Shown in pieces: positions 7,868-14,557 of a stretch of 37,127 nucleotides of DNA (position 1 is the stretch's first letter; every line of letters begins with the position of its first letter). The stretch lies in the IMG/VR virus record IMGVR_UViG_3300032092_000112, positions 1-37,127 of that record; one strand, given 5' to 3'. Source of the stretch: a virus (taxonomy: Duplodnaviria; Caudoviricetes). The position numbers were made by a program, and so were the translations under genes. The notes beneath the pieces are model-generated. The model saw only the letters and a program-made list of their open reading frames with translations, was not told where the DNA came from and did no database searches.

Positions 7868-10800
7868 GTCGCCGGTGATTTCTTTTCGATCAAGCGCCTT
7901 GCCTGCTCGAGCGTTTCAGTGACGCCGATCATGGCGCCGACCGGCGCGTAGACTCGGTATTTGCCGCCGGTTTTTTGGATGACTCGGTAGTTCATGTTGG
8001 TGCTCCAGGCTTGGCCGTTGGGTAGTTTCTCGGGTGCGGAGAATTTTACCTCAGGCATGAAGCGGATGTCAGGATTTGTAGTGTCAAACGCGCCAGAGTT
8101 GCCGGTCGCGGACTTGATCTGGGTCGGGTCAAAGACGATGAAGCCAGGAAGATCATCCTCAGTAATTCTCACTCCATCGTAGCCCGCCTCTTTAAGAGAA
8201 GCGACAATCTCCTTTTCATGGGTTGCCCAGTTTCCGTCAAAAATGCCGGGGATTCCTGGGCGTTGTTCTTCAGCAAACGAAAGTTCGTCAAGAAGACGGT
8301 TTGGCACTCCGGCATCTGACAACAAAGGTCTGATGTTTTCCCACGGAGTGCGCTCGCTAACTTCCGACAAATCCAGCAGGTTTTGCAGAGATAAAAACGC
8401 CTCCGTGACTTTTCCTCCGTTACCGCCCACTGACCGTCCTCCCGCGGCATAAGAATCTGCAACAGGTCTGGAGACCGTCCAAAATGAAATGGGGCGAAAC
8501 TCGTTCGTCGCACTCCCTCCGTGATACACGACAAGCGGCTTGCCGTCGCCATCGACCACCTTCGACTCACCAAACCACTTTTTGAACGCCGGCGTGTCAG
8601 GCGCGTCCGGCATGAAGTAAGCCAACTGGGAAGGTGATCCAACATCTTTACGCTTCCATTGTTTTCCAGCTTTTGGCGTAGACATGTAGCCAGCGGCTTT
8701 ATTGGAAGCATATGCTTCGGCCAATTGCTTGTCATTAAGCGCCGGCAATTTTTCAAGACCAGGGAACATTGCTTCATGCGGTTCAACGCGCTGACGGATG
8801 CGATCCCAAAGTGTCCATTGAGCAGGAAACACAGCAATTCCCAAATCGTTTGCTCTGCGTTCATTGATTTCCAAAGCAGATCTGTACGCATCAGACATTA
8901 CCTGGAAGTCAGCGGGTGTCTCAACCCACTTTACATCACGAATGTGCTCTGGAGCATTTGCACTGATTTCACCTTTTGCTGTTATGAGTTTTGCTTTACG
9001 GCTACCCATAGCAGCAAAGACTGCTTCGTTTACAAATTCACGGACACGATCTGCACCATACACTTCAGCCTGGCCAAGTACATCATCAAGACTCTTTGCC
9101 TTTGTTGCCGTAGGATCAGGCAATTTGGCCAACTCTTTGTTTCGTTCTTTTAATAGATCCGTTTTAGTTTTATCGCTTGATGCGTTGCTGATTTTTTTAG
9201 CAAACGATGATGAAACTTTTTTAGAGTCAGAAAGTAATTTGTTAAATCTATCAACAATGATGCCTTCAAAACGCTGACGCAATTGAGGATCTCCCAACAA
9301 CTCTTGACCAAAGATTCGCGACATATGGCGATCCATAGCGGAAATTGATGCATTGAGAGGATCCTGCCAAACAGATCCAAAAGATCCTGTTTTGGTTCCA
9401 AAACCGGACACTTGTGTCGTTAATTTATCGACAAAATTAGCCCACGATTCGTTGGGTTGTTTAACAAAAAAATCAGGATTTTTAGAGAAAAGACGCGCAG
9501 CATTTACGATGTTTGATAAGTCAGCAGTAATTGGAATACCAAGACCACCTTTTCCAGCAGCAATAAATCCTAGTTGTTGCTTCAACTGTTGATTCAATTT
9601 TACCAGATTTTCTTTTGTTGGATTGTCTGGATATAAATCAGCAAATTTCTTAATTTCATCCATCGAACCAAAGCGCAAGCGAGCCTGGCCCATTTCATTT
9701 GGCAGCAATGGAGCGTTTGGAGATAGCATTCCAAACACAATAGCGTTAAAGCTGGAAACCTTATCTCCAGGCGCCGGCTCCATTGTGCGGGCCAGCTTTG
9801 CGGTCAATTGACCATGCGTTGTTTCTGGCAACGACTTTACGTCAACTGGATGCGACTTCAGCCAAAGTAAATCGTAGTATGTGAATTTGCCATCTAGGCC
9901 GCCTGGCACTCTCGCAGTATTTCCAGCCACCCCTTGGGAGATTTCTTTGACATCTGAAAGAGGGCCAAGGTTTTCGACGCCGAATCCTTTGCCGTATTCC
10001 GCAAAGTCTTCTGGAGTCCAGTCTTTCGGTTCTTTGTTGCGGAATTTGATGTTACCTTGGTCGTCATATGAAACGTCTTTTGAGCTGGCCATATTGCGCC
10101 GAGGAAGTGCGGCTGCAATCTTGTTTTCCGGCATGAAGCGCGATCCCTCCGCTGAATTTGCATTCTTAAAATTGATCTGGTTCGCCTTTTTCTCTGCCCC
10201 GGCCTGCGTGTCGTAGATGCCGATGCGCTCGCCGGTCGGTGCGTACAAGCTGTGCTTGTTGCCCTTGGCGATAATGCGGAAGCCCTCGTCCGAGTTGTTG
10301 ACCTTTGCGCTGCCAAGGTTTTCAGCCGGTTTGAAATTAACCTGAGACAGACCGTAAGTGCCGTTTTCGTTGAACGAGAATTGACGACCAGTATCAGCAA
10401 TTCGACCAAGACGATCCAACCGCATGGTGCTGACAACTCGAGTGTCTCGGGATCCTTCGTAGGCCGGCTTGCCGATCTGACTTTTGCCGGTGCCAGATTC
10501 AGCAGCGATATTTGTACCTAGCGACGAAATGTTTTTGATGGCGCCCTCAGAGATCTGGGCTTTGGTTGGAACAAATCCGTAGATTTTGTTGATGATGTCC
10601 CGCTTGATCGGCCCAAACAATTCAGCACTCGGTTTTGCGACACCTTCACCGAGGCTTAGATTCTTGGTGTAGGCCATGACATCTTGCCAGGCTGCGTCCT
10701 TATCGCCGCCCCACTGGTCTAAGATCTTAGAGCGAGACATTATGTCGTCGAACCGAGCCTTCAATTGCGTGAGATCAACGTAATCAACCACCACTACGTT

Positions 10801-13254
10801 TTTCTTAGTCGTGCGGATCTTGTACGGAACAAAATCAAGATTGGTCATGCCGCGGCTGGCATAGACTGATGTCTCACCCTTCTTTGCAGTGGCTGGAAAA
10901 TAATCCCCATTCAGCACGTTGCCACTCTTGATCGCCTCGCTTGCAAACGTGAGTTTAAGAAATTGCTCTAGTGGGAAATACTTTTGATAGATGGCCAACT
11001 CGGCATCGTTGGGAGCATTTGTGCCCCGTGGTACGTTGGCAATTTCTTCAGCGGCGCGTGCGTTTGCAGCATCGCGGCCAATGTTAACCTGCTCTTCAGT
11101 CTTAACACCGATAACATCGCCAGTTGTCGGATCCTTTAGTAGCACGTCAGATTGGCCGTGCTCTTTAGCCCAATCTGCCAGCTTTGGTGTCGCCATCTTA
11201 TCAAGCGTAACGGGGGCCAGTGGCTTTCCGTTCTGCGCGATAGATTTGTTGATGTCGGTGCGGGCCTTGATCAGCTCAGATGCCAGCGCATCCATGCCCT
11301 TGTAACCGGTGCCAGTGGCATCGTAATCAATGCCGAGCTTGCTCAACGTGTAATCAATGGCACCCTTGGTAGCTGCAATTAAAGATCCATCCGTTGTCCG
11401 TTGGCCACGGAGCAGGAGGTCGCGATTTTCCCGGCGTTGCAGGAATTCGCGGAAGTATTCGGCGCCGATCTCCTCGGGCAGATTTTGTTTTTCAGCTAAG
11501 TAGTCGCGCAGTTTTTGTTTACCTTCCTCGGTGCCGCCGCGTTTGATGTAGTCCTCGGCAAATTGAACCTTTTCCTCTGGCGTAAATGTCTGATCAATTA
11601 CTTCGGTGAATTTTTTTCCAAATGTCTCACCAAGCGCCGTGCGCATGGCGCCGTGGAATGATTCGTGGAATCCGGTGCCAGGCTTGACGGTATCGACATT
11701 GATGTAGATCGCTGGCTTACCGCCGGTGACAGCAGATGGAAACACGGTAATGCCTTCAAACGATGTGCCGCTAGCCGCCGGCATCGCCTTGGCCTGCTCA
11801 TTGTTGATGAACGAAAAGTAAACGTCACTGCTTAACCAGTTCTTGGCGTCAACCATCTCAGCCACGGCTTCTTGGTTTCCATCTTTGATAAACTGGTCAA
11901 ACAGGCGCGATGCGTTAGCTCGGCTCTCTGGCTCAAGACTAGCAATGCCGCGCAGGGCATCATTTACGATCTTGTTCTGACGAATCATGCCAGATGCTTG
12001 AGCGTAGCCACGGCCAGCGAGGCCGCCAGCGCCGCCTAGCGCAAGACCGGCGCCCATGCCACCAGCAGCACCCTCTTCGCCGTCTGTGATGAATCCGATA
12101 GTGCCACCGATAATAGCACCTTCAGCAGCACCTTGAATGGCTGCGGAAACGTAAGGCGCCACAATGTCAGCGCCAGCAACGGATCCGACACGACCAATCG
12201 CTCGAGCAGCCGTCGATGCGGACAGATCGTTGGCCAGTGACTCAAAAACACCAAGTCGTCCCGCTTTCTTGCCAGCATGTTCTGCAAGTTTCTGCGTAAC
12301 CTCGCCGGCTACTTCCAAGCCCTTTCCAACCGCTTTGGCGCCAGCAATCGTCGTGGCAGCAGTGCTGAGTCCTGGGATGGTAAAGCCACCCAATTGGCCA
12401 GCCGCAAGCCCTGTGGAGCCTGTGGCAACGGCCTTCTCAACTATGCCAGCAACTTGTTCACTTCCTGTGAGTGCTCGAGCCGCCGCGCCGGCAACCTGTT
12501 GTGGCACCTTAGCAGCAGCGGAGGCAGCTTCACCAACAGCTTGAATGCCTTTTCCGCCCATTTGTGCAGCCCTGGCGCCCATCATACCAATACGCTCACC
12601 AACGCCCGCAACTTGAAGCAGAGCCGCACCAGGGAGTGGCGGTTGAGCAACGAGACTGATCGTTTCTGCCATTGCAGGCATTGAAGCCTGCCCTAAGATA
12701 TCCTTTCTGCTCTGTTGCCAGGTTTGCAGTCCCTTAAAGCTTTCAAAATCGCTGTCAATGATACGGTCGTATTCGGCTCGGTTTTCTTGCGTGTCCTTGA
12801 GATCGTTTGCTAGGCGGTATCGGGTGTAGCTGTTGTTGTCGTTTGAATAGCCTTCGAGCACACTAATAAACATGTTCCCGAAATCGCCGGCGGCAACCAT
12901 CGCACCTTGGCCAATGTTGGCGACAAGTGACGCGCCCTTTTCGATTGGGCCAGCCTGTGGATCAAATTTTGGAGCGGTGGTAAACGCATTGCTTACAAGT
13001 TCGCCAATGCCGCCAAACGCCTCGGCCAACTTGGCTAAAAAATCTACTGGTTTATCTTCTTTGTATCTACGCATCTCCATGAAGTCATCACGACTCATGC
13101 GCTGCGCGTAAGATGGATCCTCCGCAATTGATCGGACTACGTCCTCACCACTTACAGGAAACTCCTTCTGGACGATCTGTTGAATTTCTTCATCAGAAAC
13201 ATTGTCATCAAAAGTAATTGTTCCCCTGCCCGCTACGTTTACGGTTGTTGGCAT
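7864..13254 (-). CDS. Large polyvalent internal-virion/ejection protein (Gly/Ala-rich membrane segment, HExxH motif, HhH glycosylase-like and ADP-ribosyltransferase-like domains)
   Basis: 1796 aa, last gene of the virion operon. GAAEGAIIGGTIG...GAGLALGGAGG segment; FHESFH...EEIGAE; GFGTKTGSF...AMDRHM; FKKWFGESKVVD.DGKPLVVYHG...GYDG...QIKSATGNSGAFD. Confidence 0.85.
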   Translation of the reverse strand: MPTTVNVAGRGTITFDDNVSDEEIQQIVQKEFPVSGEDVVRSIAEDPSYAQRMSRDDFMEMRRYKEDKPVDFLAKLAEAFGGIGELVSNAFTTAPKFDPQAGPIEKGASLVANIGQGAMVAAGDFGNMFISVLEGYSNDNNSYTRYRLANDLKDTQENRAEYDRIIDSDFESFKGLQTWQQSRKDILGQASMPAMAETISLVAQPPLPGAALLQVAGVGERIGMMGARAAQMGGKGIQAVGEAASAAAKVPQQVAGAAARALTGSEQVAGIVEKAVATGSTGLAAGQLGGFTIPGLSTAATTIAGAKAVGKGLEVAGEVTQKLAEHAGKKAGRLGVFESLANDLSASTAARAIGRVGSVAGADIVAPYVSAAIQGAAEGAIIGGTIGFITDGEEGAAGGMGAGLALGGAGGLAGRGYAQASGMIRQNKIVNDALRGIASLEPESRANASRLFDQFIKDGNQEAVAEMVDAKNWLSSDVYFSFINNEQAKAMPAASGTSFEGITVFPSAVTGGKPAIYINVDTVKPGTGFHESFHGAMRTALGETFGKKFTEVIDQTFTPEEKVQFAEDYIKRGGTEEGKQKLRDYLAEKQNLPEEIGAEYFREFLQRRENRDLLLRGQRTTDGSLIAATKGAIDYTLSKLGIDYDATGTGYKGMDALASELIKARTDINKSIAQNGKPLAPVTLDKMATPKLADWAKEHGQSDVLLKDPTTGDVIGVKTEEQVNIGRDAANARAAEEIANVPRGTNAPNDAELAIYQKYFPLEQFLKLTFASEAIKSGNVLNGDYFPATAKKGETSVYASRGMTNLDFVPYKIRTTKKNVVVVDYVDLTQLKARFDDIMSRSKILDQWGGDKDAAWQDVMAYTKNLSLGEGVAKPSAELFGPIKRDIINKIYGFVPTKAQISEGAIKNISSLGTNIAAESGTGKSQIGKPAYEGSRDTRVVSTMRLDRLGRIADTGRQFSFNENGTYGLSQVNFKPAENLGSAKVNNSDEGFRIIAKGNKHSLYAPTGERIGIYDTQAGAEKKANQINFKNANSAEGSRFMPENKIAAALPRRNMASSKDVSYDDQGNIKFRNKEPKDWTPEDFAEYGKGFGVENLGPLSDVKEISQGVAGNTARVPGGLDGKFTYYDLLWLKSHPVDVKSLPETTHGQLTAKLARTMEPAPGDKVSSFNAIVFGMLSPNAPLLPNEMGQARLRFGSMDEIKKFADLYPDNPTKENLVKLNQQLKQQLGFIAAGKGGLGIPITADLSNIVNAARLFSKNPDFFVKQPNESWANFVDKLTTQVSGFGTKTGSFGSVWQDPLNASISAMDRHMSRIFGQELLGDPQLRQRFEGIIVDRFNKLLSDSKKVSSSFAKKISNASSDKTKTDLLKERNKELAKLPDPTATKAKSLDDVLGQAEVYGADRVREFVNEAVFAAMGSRKAKLITAKGEISANAPEHIRDVKWVETPADFQVMSDAYRSALEINERRANDLGIAVFPAQWTLWDRIRQRVEPHEAMFPGLEKLPALNDKQLAEAYASNKAAGYMSTPKAGKQWKRKDVGSPSQLAYFMPDAPDTPAFKKWFGESKVVDGDGKPLVVYHGGSATNEFRPISFWTVSRPVADSYAAGGRSVGGNGGKVTEAFLSLQNLLDLSEVSERTPWENIRPLLSDAGVPNRLLDELSFAEEQRPGIPGIFDGNWATHEKEIVASLKEAGYDGVRITEDDLPGFIVFDPTQIKSATGNSGAFDTTNPDIRFMPEVKFSAPEKLPNGQAWSTNMNYRVIQKTGGKYRVYAPVGAMIGVTETLEQARRLIEKKSPAT

Positions 13255-13255
13255 A

Positions 13256-14551
13256 TTATTTACTCTTTTTTGCAGGATCGCGAGTTACCGTGTAGTTAAG
13301 ACCACTTGGAGCTTTAACCGTTACGGGTTCGACTACGGGTGGTGGTGTTGGCTTAATTTGTAACCGAGAAAGATAATCCGCAGCATTTTGGCCAATGCCA
13401 GCGGTCATGCCTTGTATCAATTGATTACGCATCAATTTTTTTTGCTCTATTACGGTTTTCCCATCTCCACCTTGTGGGAAGTATTGTTTATCGTATTTAT
13501 TGTACTCATCTGGGCCAATAGCCGCACCCGATTCTTTACGAAGAGCGGCAGCAATCCAATTATTTTTGGCTGCATCATATGCTTTTTTATCATCACTTGT
13601 TAACCGTTCTGGAGTGAACGACTGATTAAAAAATGCCGTTGCATCATATTTATTGTTATTAATAAAACCTTCGTTTTGAATTAAACGAAGCGAGTAATTA
13701 AGAGCATTAGATTGATCTGCGGTTAATGGTTTTGCTCCACCGCCTTCAGCTTCTTTTTTAACCTGAGCATCAATTTCTTTTTGAATGTCTTCAGCATCTT
13801 TTGATCTTCCAGCAAGCAATGCCTGATCACGGTCAAATTGTTTTTTGCCTAGATCGCTTTGCGGCAAAGGTGTTGCTGCTGCTTTTTCTCTTGGAATAAG
13901 CGTGGCGTTGCCTGGGCCTGTTTGTAATACGTCAACAGACTGACCGCTTTCACCTGTAAGCGTCTTAATTTTTGGCTCAGTGCCAAAATTGATGTTTTGA
14001 ACATTTTTAAGACCTGTAAGAATATCGTTGTTACCAACATTTCCACCCAATTCAGAAAACGTCTGCAACGCAGAAGGTAAATCAAGATTTCCATCCGTGT
14101 CCGTATTCAGCGACATTGCTTCACGGAGGAGCTTGTTGTCGTTTTCTTTTGATTTAAGATAACTTAGCTCCGCTTCGCTGCGTAGATTAGCCAGACGAGA
14201 TGTTTCCGCTTGGGCTTTCCTTTGCTGGAGCATTTGCTCGGTGCTGATATCAGCAAACAGAGCTTTGTGGTCAGCAAGCGTAGCTTTGCCCGACGTATAC
14301 TTTTCAAGCAATTTTGGATCGACCGTTTCAGCCAATTTTGGATCGCTTTTGAAAAACCTTCCAATGGTGCCACCAAGTGCCTGGCGCTCTTCCTCGGACT
14401 TGTAGTACTTATCAATACCTTCTGAAACGCTTGCACCGAGCGCAGCAATGCCGCCACCAATTGAGCGCCCAATGTTAGCAGACGACTGCATGTAGCCCTC
14501 GGGCAAGGGGCTGATGTACTGAACTGGTTGAAAGTATGGACCTTTTTGCAT
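13256..14551 (-). CDS. Internal virion/ejection protein
   Basis: 431 aa, N-terminal IGRSIGGGIAALG segment and C-terminal LRKESGAAI...YFPQGGD motif, middle of three ejection genes, AT-rich. Confidence 0.7.
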   Translation of the reverse strand: MQKGPYFQPVQYISPLPEGYMQSSANIGRSIGGGIAALGASVSEGIDKYYKSEEERQALGGTIGRFFKSDPKLAETVDPKLLEKYTSGKATLADHKALFADISTEQMLQQRKAQAETSRLANLRSEAELSYLKSKENDNKLLREAMSLNTDTDGNLDLPSALQTFSELGGNVGNNDILTGLKNVQNINFGTEPKIKTLTGESGQSVDVLQTGPGNATLIPREKAAATPLPQSDLGKKQFDRDQALLAGRSKDAEDIQKEIDAQVKKEAEGGGAKPLTADQSNALNYSLRLIQNEGFINNNKYDATAFFNQSFTPERLTSDDKKAYDAAKNNWIAAALRKESGAAIGPDEYNKYDKQYFPQGGDGKTVIEQKKLMRNQLIQGMTAGIGQNAADYLSRLQIKPTPPPVVEPVTVKAPSGLNYTVTRDPAKKSK

Positions 14552-14557
14552 GGTAAA

